Positions 13,006-25,765 of a stretch of DNA of 64,000 bases are shown here, piece after piece; the stretch's first letter is position 1, and each line of letters begins with the position of its first letter. The stretch covers positions 1,602,821-1,666,820 of the forward strand of contig NC_068999.1 of the NCBI RefSeq assembly GCF_001194135.2. The letters are read 5' to 3'. The notes under the pieces are model-generated. The model did not search any database. It saw only the letters and a list, made by a program, of their open reading frames with translations, and was not told where the DNA came from. Origin of the DNA: Octopus bimaculoides. Taxonomy: Eukaryota. The translations under genes and the position numbers were made by a program.

Positions 13006-13402
13006 NNNNNNNNNNNNNNNNNNNNNNNNNNNNNNNNNNNNNNNNNNNNNNNNNNNNNNNNNNNNNNNNNNNNNNNNNNNNNNNNNNNNNNNNNNNNNNN
13101 NNNNNNNNNNNNNNNNNNNNNNNNNNNNNNNNNNNNNNNNNNNNNNNNNATATATATATGTAAATATATACATATGTACATATAAAGATATATAGAGATA
13201 TGTATGTACGTACGTATGGATGGATGGATGGATGGATGGACGGATGTATGGATGTGGTTTAGATAAACTGTTGGTGGTAGTCCTCTTACGGCCGTTTCAG
13301 AGGCACAGTAATCCATAAATTTTAAGGGTGTTTTTACTCCAAAAATTGGATATGCCACCTTCATCACAGCGAGTATATTTATCAGAATTCACATTTCGTA
13401 CA

Positions 13403-13515
13403 GTGTTGTAATGAAGTGTTTTGCTCAAGAATATAACGCATCACCTGGCCCAGGATTCGAAACCACGATCTTACGTTCACGACTTCATGCGACACCCTAA
13501 CCATTGCGCTACGAG
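13403..13515 (-). mobile_element. tRNA-headed CORE-like SINE 5' fragment (family C)
   Basis: Minus strand: GTAGCGCAATGGTTAGG (A box) ... GGTTTCGAATCC (B box) ... TTCTTGAGCAAAACACTTCA. Confidence 0.75.
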
Positions 13516-14441
13516 TATTCATTTGTATAACACATATAACTCAAGAAAAAAGTAAGCCCAATCACACAAGGATAGACACTCACACCCATAACAATAAAAG
13601 CTTACACACACACATACACACACACACATATAAACACACACACATACACACAAACACGCGCTCGCGCGCTCACACGCACACATGCCCCACTGAAGCAATA
13701 AATAAATGATACAGACATTCCCAAATTATTGAGAATGTGTATAATCCTGAACACTTACGCATCCATATTTACGTGTGTATTTTAGTGTATGAGTACGTGT
13801 GAATCAGTATGAATATATGGTCTATGTGTATATATATTTGATATTGCATGAATTTGCGTATGAAACTTTAAAAAGTGAAAAAGAAAACAACTCTGGGAAA
13901 TAACTATAAGCTTACATTTTTTGAAATCTTATGAGGATGTATTTGGAAAAAATAGTTTATTTTTCTTCTATTTTATAAATATAAAGGCAAAAATGTTCTG
14001 TTATATAATAGAATAATATTCTATTACCTTTAGAAAAGACTCCTTATATAATAGGATAATATCCACCTAAAATATTAGAATAGCATTAGTATTTAACACT
14101 GTTTTCATAATATTATAAGAATATTATTCGTACATCAGACGTTTTCAAAGAAATAAGTATTTATAATTTATTTAAACAGTGGCGTAATGAATGTCATATA
14201 CATACTATTATAAATTCATATTATTTCCCCTGTGAAATGCAGCCATAAAAAAATAGAATATAGCAGTAACTAATTGCAACATTCAATGAGAAAAGAGGTA
14301 GATAGAAATTTATTAATATCATATGTCTCAAGTATATGGGCGTTCATAAAGAAGCATGTACAACAATAGACATATATCTTGGTATATTCGATACCGTGTG
14401 CATGGTATACTCAAAATGATGTTCACTATATGTATGTAAAC

Positions 14442-14498
<57 letters not shown>

Positions 14499-14565
14499 GT
14501 ATTTGGATTTGCTTTGCAAGATTCTTTATGTGAGTTCGTGTGTTGAAGCATATTCTATTGTGTCC

Positions 14566-14696
14566 GGGGAGAGTCATTCTCTTTTAGTGCCTTATAATTT
14601 AACACACTCACCGGTAAAATTTCTGTTCATTTCCTTCTTTATTTTTACCTGTGAGTGTGTTAAATTATAAGGAATCAAAAGAGAATGACTCTTCCC
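14566..14696. repeat. Hairpin-forming inverted repeat (54-bp arms, 23-nt loop)
   Basis: 14566-14619 vs reverse complement of 14643-14696: 49/54 identical, no gaps. Confidence 0.92.
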
Positions 14697-14713
14697 AAAC
14701 AAAACAGTGTGCC

Positions 14714-14757
<44 letters not shown>

Positions 14758-15474
14758 CATACTGGGACTTCAAGCATTGTTTGGAGGTAATGAGTGACAT
14801 TGTATTTTTTGCAAGTGTTGCAGGAAATTGGTAAAGTGTGCGTGGATTTTCCGTCCAATACCGTTTCATTGTACATATTAAACAAGAGTCAAACGACTGC
14901 ATTTTTCAAATATATATGTGTAAGTTTACACAGATCCTATTATGAGTGAACGAAATATTTTAATACGAACAAATTCAATCTGAACATGAGTTATCTCCTC
15001 GTATCTGTTCATCATAACTCACAGCATACCACCAAACAACGTTTCAAACCCAGGAAAGTCTAATCAAAAATCATGTAGCATATTTAACATGGAGACAGAT
15101 TATTAAAATTCTTCAGCGGTACTTTTGACAATTGGGAATTTTTCGCATGAAATTAATGATAGAATTGTTAATCCACAAATAAAAAAAAATGTTTATTCAC
15201 CAAATGTGCTGTTGAGCATTCATTGTCTCAACAGCTCATCAATATCTTATTCACGTGCGTGTCTGTACGAATGAGTGTGTATGCATGTATACATATAAAT
15301 AAATGTATATAAACATATATGCGTGTGTGCGTGTGTGTGTGTGTCTGTGAGTGTATATGTGTGTACATATATATATGTAAATATATGTGTGTCCGTATAT
15401 AAATGCCTATAGCTTAATTATATATATATATGGACGCGTGTGTGTGTGTGTCTGTATGTTCGTGAGCATCAGTT

Positions 15475-15511
<37 letters not shown>

Positions 15512-16869
15512 AAACGTATGCGTGTTATGTTCCGCAAATATTTTAATTTAATATTAGAAAGTGGAATTCCTTTAAACAGTTAATTTCCGTTAGGAAGTAC
15601 AACAATGAAAAACGAATTATTTTATTTATTTATTTCTTCACTCATTTTTATATAATTAATTTGTTCTTCCCACAATTTAGCATTACTGCATTATTATTTT
15701 CATCATAAAATATTCATTACATATACATATACATACGTATGTATGTATGTATGTATGTATGTATGAATGAGTGTGTATGTGTGTTTGTGTATATATATGT
15801 GGGTGTGTGTCTATATGTATATGTGTGTATATATATACACACACATATACATATATGTATATTATATGTGTGTGTGTATATATATATAAAGTATGTATAT
15901 ATTTATATATATGTATGTGTATATACAATTAAATATGTGATTATATATATCTGTATATATATGTGTGTGTGTGTGTGAATGAATGTTTGTGTATGCAATT
16001 ATTTATACATGTATCATACGTATGAATGCATATATGAATGTATACATATGCACACACACACACACACATTTGTATATGGTTCAAATGTACAAAAGAAAAA
16101 AATAAGCTATTATATACAAATAGAATAACTACGTCTGCTCACACGTATTTAATATATATACCTGCGTGAGTATGTATAAATAGACTTACTCGTATCTATT
16201 TATACCACGTATATGTGTATGTGTGTGTGTCTGCATGGATATGTGTGTGTGTGTGTGTGATTGTGTGTGTGTGTGTATACATTAGATGTATAAGTTTAAT
16301 AGAATAGTTTTTATTTATTTGATACCATTTTCTCAATGAATTAGTCTTTCCTAAGATATAGCGAAATATCCAAAGGTGCAATAAAAGAACAAATAGGGAC
16401 CACTTCTACTGCACGTTTGAAGCTTGATTTTTCATGGAGGCCATAGATTGATGTTTATTATTCATATAAAGATTATGCAAGTCGCAATAAATTTTAACAT
16501 GTAGCAATCTACTTAATGTGGTTCATCTTGGTTGACCTATTTGCAATGACTACATCCGTTCTCGCTACAGATTTAGTTTTACGTTTAAATGTTCTTAAAA
16601 TTCATTCACGTTTTCCCTCTGTGGAAGGAACAAAGTTGCAATTTTTGCATAAATATTATAATGTACCATACTTTATTCAGGGTTAGAAAGATAATGAGGA
16701 ACATTATTATTACCTCCTCTTTCAAACTACCTGTTGGAGTTCAATAGACTTCTGTATGCTGATAACCAGTCAGTTGGTGTTGAGGGCAGGGATTTTTTAT
16801 ATCTAGTTCAAATGTACAAAAGACAAAAAGAAAAAAAAAATCACATGACAGAGACAGGTGAGGAAATGG

Positions 16870-16985
16870 CAGAGACGGTGTATTAATTTTGACGCTCATA
16901 AAAATTCGAAAACCCATTGACGTTTCGAGACTGCGCTCGTCAGCAGAAAGGAATGACGAAAGAAAACGGAGAGAGAAAACTAATG
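16870..16985 (-). mobile_element. Interspersed repeat with hammerhead-like core (same family as 54330)
   Basis: tttt(g/a)acgctc...cgtttcgag.ct.cgctc.tca.cagaaaggaa...gagagagaaaac shared with 54330-54420; minus strand CTGACGA gcgcagtctc GAAA CGTC. Confidence 0.6.
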
Positions 16986-17299
16986 TGCCTGGATTAACGG
17001 TTTCGTATGTCGAATAGACTGGAAGGAAGTGGTTGAATGGAAGGGTCATGTGTATGTGTTTGTGCATCAAGTTTATGCGACCATATTGAGTGTATTTATG
17101 CGTGGTTATGTAAATGAGCACGTGTGTGTGTTGGGATTAACGGAGGCAGAAACATGGTGGCTTTCTTTTCCAATGAAATGGATGTTTGAACAGGAGGGGA
17201 GTAACTGATTTGGGCCGTTGCTTTTAGAAAGCAAATGGCTTCAACAGATGCCGCAGGGAGTCTCGTACGGCATCTGTCAACAGGTCCGCCAATTTTCTA

Positions 17300-17415
17300 C
17301 CCAGGATTTACATGCTTATCAGCATAGAAAGGGAAATGTTGCGTGTGGTGGGATATGAGCCCAAAACACAAAATGTCGGATTAAATGCGGCGAAGCACTC
17401 TAACAAACACTCTAC
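17300..17415 (-). mobile_element. Degenerate SINE family A head
   Basis: Plus strand aagggaaatgttgcgtgtggtgggatatgagcccaaaacac...aaatgcggcgaagcac...taac..actctaccgcc is a decayed reverse complement of the family A 5' half. Confidence 0.5.
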
Positions 17416-19037
17416 CGCCTTTAATAGATAGCAGCCATTTTGAAATACTGAACTATAATGCATCACCCATCGCGAATCAACACAAAAATGTTTATATATC
17501 ACTGTGTGTGTGTATGTATGTATGTATGTATGTATGTATGTATGTATGTATGTATGCGTGCATGTGCGTGTATTTATTTATTTAAAGGAAACCGAGAAAT
17601 ATTCAAGACAATCTGCGGAAATATAAAAAAACTACCAAATGAAAGAACGGAAGAATTTTGTCTGACGGTTCAGCCTGGTTTGTGATTTGATATTGGAAGA
17701 TTTCAAGGCTTCTTTCTAAGTTGCAATATTTTAGAGACACATGAAAAGATATCTGTTCCGATCGATGCTGTATTATGTACGAAAGATCAAATGGTAAAGA
17801 AGAAGGATGGATATTTTTAATGGTATATTTATGATTTCATATCAAACAAACATTGAAATCGAGTCAATAGTTTTCTGAGAATATAGAAAGATGAGAAGAA
17901 ATGGAGAAAAAGACCCTGAAAAAAAAACGCGGAATAAAATTGAATACTTATATATAGAGAGAGAGAAAAATAAATGTGTGGGTGAATGAATGATTGTAAG
18001 TATTTACTTTTGTACATATGCGTGAGAACGTGTGTATGCGAGCATGTGTATATATATGCATATATGCAGATAGCTAAATATGTGTCTGTCTGTGTACGTA
18101 TATATATATCCATACATACATTCATATAAATATATATATNNNNNNNNNNNNNNNNNNNNNNNNNNNNNNNNNNNNNNNNNNNNNNNNNNNNNNNNNNNNN
18201 NNNNNNNNNNNNNNNNNNNNNNNNNNNNNNNNNNNNNNNNNNNNNNNNNNNNNNNNNNNNNNNNNNNNNNNNNNNNNNNNNNNNNNNNNNNNNNNNNNNN
18301 NNNNNNNNNNNNNNNNNNNNNNNNNNNNNNNNNNNNNNNNNNNNNNNNNNNNNNNNNNNNNNNNNNNNNNNNNNNNNNNNNNNNNNNNNNNNNNNNNNNN
18401 NNNNNNNNNNNNNNNNNNNNNNNNNNNNNNNNNNNNNNNNNNNNNNNNNNNNNNNNNNNNNNNNNNNNNNNNNNNNNNNNNNNNNNNNNNNNNNNNNNNN
18501 NNNNNNNNNNNNNNNNNNNNNNNNNNNNNNNNNNNNNNNNNNNNNNNNNNNNNNNNNNNNNNNNNNNNNNNNNNNNNNNNNNNNNNNNNNNNNNNNNNNN
18601 NNNNNNNNNNNNNNNNNNNNNNNNNNNNNNNNNNNNNNNNNNNNNNNNNNNNNNNNNNNNNNNNNNNNNNNNNNNNNNNNNNNNNNNNNNNNNNNNNNNN
18701 NNNNNNNNNNNNNNNNNNNNNNNNNNNNNNNNNNNNNNNNNNNNNNNNNNNNNNNNNNNNNNNNNNNNNNNNNNNNNNNNNNNNNNNNNNNNNNNNNNNN
18801 NNNNNNNNNNNNNNNNNNNNNNNNNNNNNNNNNNNNNNNNNNNNNNNNNNNNNNNNNNNNNNNNNNNNNNNNNNNNNNNNNNNNNNNNNNNNNNNNNNNN
18901 NNNNNNNNNNNNNNNNNNNNNNNNNNNNNNNNNNNNNNNNNNNNNNNNNNNNNNNNNNNNNNNNNNNNNNNNNNNNNNNNNNNNNNNNNNNNNNNNNNNN
19001 NNNNNNNNNNNNNNNNNNNNNNNNNNNNNNNNNNNNN

Positions 19038-19085
<48 letters not shown>

Positions 19086-19165
19086 TATGTGTGTGTTATG
19101 TAAAATGATATATCAAGGCCAAGGCAATGTGATATATCTAGGACATTTATAAAGAGAAGGGTAGT

Positions 19166-19540
19166 CTTACCAGCTGTTTCAGGGATATAAAAGGTATCTC
19201 ATCACCAGAGATGTTATGAGAGAGTTTCAATATAATGAATTAGGAGAGTTCATTATATAAGAAGTTAATTTGGAAAGGGTGAGATACAGAAAGTATAAAG
19301 GGAGACATGAGAATAAAAATGAAAATAATCTTGGATATTAAAATTGGTGTTCCATTATCCAAGGAACGTCTTGTGTAGAATAGGTAAAGAGGTTTTTTGT
19401 TCAGGATATGTAAGTTCCATTAGGAGTTTGTATTTTATTATTTCAAATGCATAGTGTGCAGATATTAATTCCTTCTGTCAACCGTATTTCGCTGGTGAGG
19501 CCTTGATAAGCACGTGGGTTTAACAACGATACCACGTATC
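19166..19540 (-). mobile_element. Decayed PLE 3' end (possible GIY-YIG C-terminus plus hammerhead-like pseudo-LTR)
   Basis: Minus strand, frameshifted KASPAKYG / CTLC / ILNKK remnants, then gTGATGA gata..tatc cct GAAA CAGCTG GTA with a palindromic stem III. Confidence 0.38.
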
Positions 19541-19574
19541 TCTAAAGCAATATTCTGAATTACGTATACTTTAT

Positions 19575-19905
19575 TTCCGACGAAGGGTTTTTAGTCGAAC
19601 AAATCGACCCCAGGACTGATTCTTTGTAAGCCCAGTACTTACTCTATCGGGTACTTTTACCGAACTACTACTTACGGAAACGTAAACACACCACCATCGG
19701 TTGTTAAGCGACGTTGGGAGACAAACAAATACACAAAGACACACACACATAAATATGTACATATACATTTATACACCAGGTTTCCTTTAGTTTCCGTTCA
19801 CCAAATCGACGCACAAGGCTTTGGTCGGCCCGAGCCTATTGTAGAAGACACTTGCTGAAGTTGCTTGCAGTGGGACTAAACCCGGAACCATGTGGCTGGG
19901 AAGCA
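19575..19905 (-). mobile_element. SINE family B (tRNA head + CORE-like box + internal microsatellite + tail)
   Basis: Reverse complement of the 34160/53576 copies: ggttccgggtttagtcccactgcaagcaacttcagcaagtgtcttctacaataggctcgggccgaccaaagccttg...ggggtcgatttgttcgact. Confidence 0.9.
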
Positions 19906-20615
19906 ATGTACCATGTGGTATATATTTGATTTATCTAGACTGTGAAATCCTATAAACGCCTGCTTTCGAAAAACAAAAGTCCCAAAGTCAGTCCCTTTGT
20001 CACTGTCTTACAAATGAAGTGAACTTCATTCTGGCCGGTTACAAACCTATGATCAACACATCTATATATTCACAAAATGTCATCCACAACACATAAATAG
20101 ATGAATGCTATACTTAGGACCCCCTGTGACATAATTCTATAAGTTATTTGCAAATTGACAAAATTGGACAAGACTCCATATACATCAAAGCTGATTAAGA
20201 TATCGTCTACAAATATACGTTCCATAATCACGTTGCTGAATGCTTCCTATATTTACACCTCGAGGCAGCGGAAAACTTCAGCGCATCATTGACATTACAG
20301 AAAGATTTACTTACAAATTTCCTTTCTAGCTACATATGGAAATCCATATGCGTATATGCTTACGTACATGTGTGTATTTATATATATATATATATATATA
20401 TATACATACATACATANNNNNNNNNNNNNNNNNNNNNNNNNNNNNNNNNNNNNNNNNNNNNNNNNNNNNNNNNNNNNNNNNNNNNNNNNNNNNNNNNNNN
20501 NNNNNNNNNNNNNNNNNNNNNNNNNNNNNNNNNNNNNNNNNNNNNNNNNNNNNNNNNNNNNNNNNNNNNNNNNNNNNNNNNNNNNNNNNNNNNNNNNNNN
20601 NNNNNNNNNNNNNNN

Positions 20616-20684
<69 letters not shown>

Positions 20685-21271
20685 CACACATATGTAGAAT
20701 TATATCGGATAATTAAATTCTTTACTGCATGGCGTCTTCTAGAGTTTTCGTCGACATCCACTTCTTTCGCTAACGAACATTAGAAACGGAACATAAATAA
20801 TCGGTCGTAAGCGTGAAAAGGAAACTGCACCATTTAAAATTAAATTTAACGACCGTAGATAAACGTAACAAAAACCATTCTGGCGCGAGTTTTGTTACTG
20901 TTTTGTTCTTTGTCATATTTTTCTAGTTATTTTATTTTATTAATACTTCTACATTTTTTTTTCAAAATCCCTTGGAGATATTGTATTTTCTCGAGCAGAA
21001 TAGGAAATCCCAGTTGATTGGTGTAATTAGATTACATTCGTTCCAAAGGAAGAAATTTGTATCAATTTCCAAGATTGATATTGTGTATGTGTGTACGTTT
21101 GTGTGTATGTCTATCTATACGTATGCATATACATATATTACAAATATGAAATATTGATTCATAGATAATAAATACACATATACATATATGAAAGTATACT
21201 TATTTTATCTACATGGCAACATATATATACATACATATATTTATGTGTATGTGCGTGTGTGCACGTGTATT

Positions 21272-21280
<9 letters not shown>

Positions 21281-21365
<85 letters not shown>
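21281..21365. repeat. (TG)n microsatellite
   Basis: About 42 units. Confidence 0.97.
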
Positions 21366-21368
<3 letters not shown>

Positions 21369-22116
21369 TCATATTTTCATACAAATCTCTCATTATGTTA
21401 CAAAGATTAGATTTCAAATTGGAGACACAAGAATCTTGCAATAGGACGCCTTCTATTCTGGAAGCACAATGGCGCATCCATCTTCCAATCTCAACTTCCT
21501 GTAACCATTGTTTTTCTTTTTTCCTCTTCCGCCTTACACAAAATTTCCTATATTTAATATCTGTGGAATGGAAGCAATTTTTTCACTCACCATTGCAGAA
21601 ACTATAACTCATTTTAGAAGCATTTACTTCGAATTCTACCAAGTAAAATTTCATATTCCTTATATTTAAATCTAACTTTTCACTATAAGTCCTTAATTAA
21701 TTTCCCTCAATAATAACTCACTGAGTTTCACCATAGTTCTCTATTGTTACCCAAATATTTCAATTATCCTACAAACCGATTCTGAAATATTGTAGCAGAG
21801 TATGTTGTAGAAAATAAATCGGGTTGTCCCCTCTAAATCCAGAGTAGTCATCTTGTCTCATTTTAAACATAGCAAATTAATTTAAAATTACTATTTCTGT
21901 TTCTATAAAATTTTGCTCAGGTATTTTATCTGTTAACTAACGATATATTCCAACCATTTCTTTATACAAAATTCCAGAAATTAGAGCGGTGGCGGATTGA
22001 AGCCCACGTTTTTGGTATTGTTAATTTAGGGAGCGTTTTAATAGGGAGCGTTTTAATAGGGCGCTAGAAAATACAGTGACCTTTAATCTACTTCTCTTTT
22101 GTTACTCTTCTTCTTC

Positions 22117-22117
<1 letters not shown>

Positions 22118-22196
<79 letters not shown>
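22118..22196. repeat. (ATT)n microsatellite
   Basis: About 26 units flanked by (CTT)n. Confidence 0.97.
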
Positions 22197-22197
<1 letters not shown>

Positions 22198-22214
22198 TTC
22201 GTCTTCTTCTTTTC

Positions 22215-22435
22215 CAGCATGTTGGCACCGTCGATCGCAGCAACGGGGTTTCCATCTTCAAGCTGGCTGAGCATTGTGTTGTTGAGCAAAACCCTTCTTT
22301 TTGCGTTGTTCCAGTTCACCCAGCTTTAAAAGAATAACCCTGCGACAGTTTGGCGTCCCGTTCAGGGAGAATGCTATCATCTCTGTCGTCATTTATGCGC
22401 CATAGAAACCGAATGCCCGCCCAATGAGTCTAAGT
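22215..22435 (+). mobile_element. Degenerate CORE-like SINE (family D)
   Basis: ttgtgttgttgagcaaaacc...ttccagttcacccagc then ccctgcgacagtttggcgtcccgttcaggg...cgccatagaaaccg; tail also at 36528 (-). Confidence 0.65.
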
Positions 22436-22902
22436 ACACGAAGCAATAAAGTCTGGGGGCTTAGATACAATTCATGTTATTTTATGTAGACTCTCGGTTA
22501 CAGATGGTATAATAAGAGGAGAATCTTCCCTGGCATTCGACTGTGAGATGTGGCAGTTAATGCTATGATAAACAATTTAAATACTAATACCACTTGTAAT
22601 GGTAGACATAACTTGCATACCGTCTTCATAAAACAATCTACTACCCTAATACCCGAACAGGACATATAGGATAATGTAGTCCTGGATACACTAAGCTTGA
22701 ATACAACAATTATGTGATGTAAACGGCTGAGCCTTCATTTTAATCATATGTTTTCTTAATCAGGCAAGATCTGAGCTTAAAGAACCAAATAGGAAAGTCA
22801 TGGATAGAAACTTTTTGCCTGGGGTTATACACAGCAACTATACATGGTGTTGTGGTTTGATGTTTGATATATTTTATAGTGTAGTACCTTGTGTTGCTTT
22901 AG

Positions 22903-22954
22903 GGGATGTTGTGTCACGTGCTGGTGTTTCGTGTTAGTGCAACGTTTAACACTG
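22903..22954 (+). CDS. Candidate exon (GMLCHVLVFRVSATFNT or GCCVTCWCFVLVQRLTL)
   Basis: Acceptor cttgtgttgctttag, donor CTG|gtaagc; 52 nt; no homology recognised. Confidence 0.18.
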
Positions 22955-24298
22955 GTAAGCAATCTATTGCATTGAATCAACATATAAAACATTTCCGAAC
23001 CTTCATCACCTTTAAACATTCAAATATTGATTAATAAACAAGTCTTGACATATAAGGAAAATATATTTAATGTGAATAACTTCAACCGAGCATTCATTTG
23101 GAGTTTGATTTGTCATCTCTTGATATGGTCAACAGTAAAGCCGGACAAGAATGGATTCGAACTTAGATGGCCAAATGTGTAACTGAATACTGCTAAATAA
23201 TTTGTCCATCTGTCTGCCTCTTCTGCTAACCACCTACTTTCAAATCCACCGCTACACAGATTCTGTCTGTCCGTCGCCATTCTACGAGTCATTATATCGA
23301 TTGTGCCAATCCATGGCCGTTTTGTTCGTCACACTAACAAATTCTAAATATGTCACCATATTTTCTGTCACGCAACAGATTCTGCTGATCTGCCACCATT
23401 TTACTAGACAGTCTATCGATTGTGTCAATCAGACGCCATTTTAGATCTAAATATGCTTTTAGAATATTTCCTTTCTCTTTATAGATGGCGATAACAGTCG
23501 TTAAACAAATATGTCCTCCACATACACTAAGCCATCACAGTCATTTAGCTATTGAATCATTTCTCTTTGTACCATGAAATGGGTTAGCAGCTTCTTCATG
23601 AAGCAGAAGTAAAAAAAAAATGTGCAACTAATTTGACACAGTGTTGGAATTGAACACTGGGTAAATAGAACGACCAAACTAAATACTGAATGATATCTTA
23701 TTTACCATTCCTGCAACCTCACTACTTTTGTCGTTTTTCAATATTGATATTATTATCGAATCAGCAATATTTTTTTATGGGAAAAGCTATTTCGAAAAAC
23801 AAATTAATTCATCGAAACTGAATTATTTATTTTAGCGCAAAAAAGAAAAAAGAAACAGCAACCAAATCGGAATCACTCACTCTGTGTTATCTATTTTTAT
23901 TTTCTAAATTGATTCCGAATTTTATATCTGCTTTTTTTTTTCTTTCTTTTGATAAACCACTGATTTTTTTATTTATCTTTTTATTGAATTCAATATTCAT
24001 ATATTTTATTTTAGATATATTTTTTTTTCTTCATCTGTTTTCATTTTAGAGTTACCATTTTTTATTACTTTCAAACGAAATCAAAGAAGTATATTAAGTA
24101 ATCTTTTAATTTCTTAATGTTTTTCTTTTTTTTTTTTTTGTATTTTTTGTTATTATGTTTTTAATAGAGTTATCTTTTTGTTTTGTTTGTAGTGTTTACT
24201 AGTTCAGACATAGATAGATAAATAGCAGGAAAAAATATTTGGCTACGCAAAGATTTTCAATATGAAAATACGTTATTTGTTTGTTTTCTTTTTCTCAA

Positions 24299-24505
24299 TC
24301 ATAAACGGAATATGTTCTTATTAGCAATTTTCGCGGCACTCAAACCCTGGTATTTCAATTCGTTTCCACTATATTCTTGTAAATAATGTCTCTTAGCTTC
24401 CTTCCAGACTTTATTGTAACTGTCATTTGGTCTCCTAGCGTCAAATATACGTTTATATATATTATTTTTTCGCCTCAGAATTAACACATCACCTGTCGTA
24501 TACAT
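24299..24505 (-). CDS. Unexplained 68-aa non-repetitive ORF (possible terminal exon)
   Basis: ...RPNDSYNKVWKEAKRHYLQEYSGNELKYQGLSAAKIANKNIFRL*; internal acceptor tatttgacgctag; no family recognised. Confidence 0.18.
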   Translation of the reverse strand: MYTTGDVLILRRKNNIYKRIFDARRPNDSYNKVWKEAKRHYLQEYSGNELKYQGLSAAKIANKNIFRL

Positions 24506-24577
24506 CTAATCTTTCTACTTCTACGAAATCTAACACCACCACAAACATCACCACCACTACATTTGTAACCAACATAT

Positions 24578-24624
<47 letters not shown>

Positions 24625-24945
24625 TCACTACTACCACTAATAATAATAATAATAGTAATAATAATAATAATAATAATACTATTGGAAATTAGAATCAGTT
24701 TGGTGGTTATTTATGGATTATTTTGTTGCTCATAATATTTTTAGAGAAGGTTGTTTTATTTGATTTTTTTATAGATTGGCACTTATATCAAGATTTGTTG
24801 ATGGTCATTGGTGAATAGCTTAATATTCAAGCACTTCAGACTGTAGAGTGCTGTGTACCTTTGTCCAATGGATAAAACGGATTGAACTGATGAGAGTAAT
24901 AACGCATATAAATACACATGCGTTCGCATATGCATACATACATAT

Positions 24946-24984
<39 letters not shown>

Positions 24985-25061
24985 CACACACATATATATA
25001 TATATATTTATACATATATACACTAGAAGATATAACCGATCTTGCTCGAGATTAAAGTGGC

Positions 25062-25328
25062 ATAGTTTTTATTGTTTCGCTCATGTAACTGCGGCCATGT
25101 TGTAGCACCGCCGCTGGTCGAACAAATCGACCACAGGATTTATTCTTTCTACTTATCTAGTAGTTATTCTAACGGTGTATTTTGCCGAACCGCTAAGTTA
25201 TGGGAACGTAAACATAGCAGCATTGCTTGTGAAACAATGATGGCGGTTTAGACAGACACACAGACACACACAAACAAGTATACACATATATACGACAGTC
25301 TTCTTTCAGTTTCCGTGTACGAAATCTA
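25062..25328 (-). mobile_element. SINE family B, 3' half (runs into gap)
   Basis: gcggccatgttgtagcaccgcc..gtcgaacaaatcgacc...ttgccgaaccgctaagttatgggaacgtaaac...ttctttcagtttccgt is the reverse complement of the family B tail. Confidence 0.88.
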
Positions 25329-25682
25329 NNNNNNNNNNATATATATATTGTCAGAACTTATCATATTTCTCCAGTCGTGACATCGTATTCACGAAGCTTA
25401 ACTAACCACTTATTTTGTCATGACAACGGAACTGACTTCAGAATTGACTTTTTCCGTGTGTACATTTTGTCCTTTGTATAACATCTTTTATACGCTACCA
25501 GATCTCAACTCAACCATTGGCACTGCCATGTCATCCATCGGATGACCTATGGGATAATTGGTAACCCCTCGTGTCGGTACTCATTACTGCAACACACAAT
25601 GCGGTATCTTATGGCACATGCGCACACACACGCATGCGCATATGTGTGTCTGTGTGTGTAAAACAAATATATGTATATCTAT

Positions 25683-25765
<83 letters not shown>

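Noticed and set aside
17244-17277. 10-bp hairpin ACAGATGCCG/CGGCATCTGT, terminator-like
   Set aside because: No U-tract, eukaryotic context, and a 10-bp stem is near chance expectation in 64 kb.
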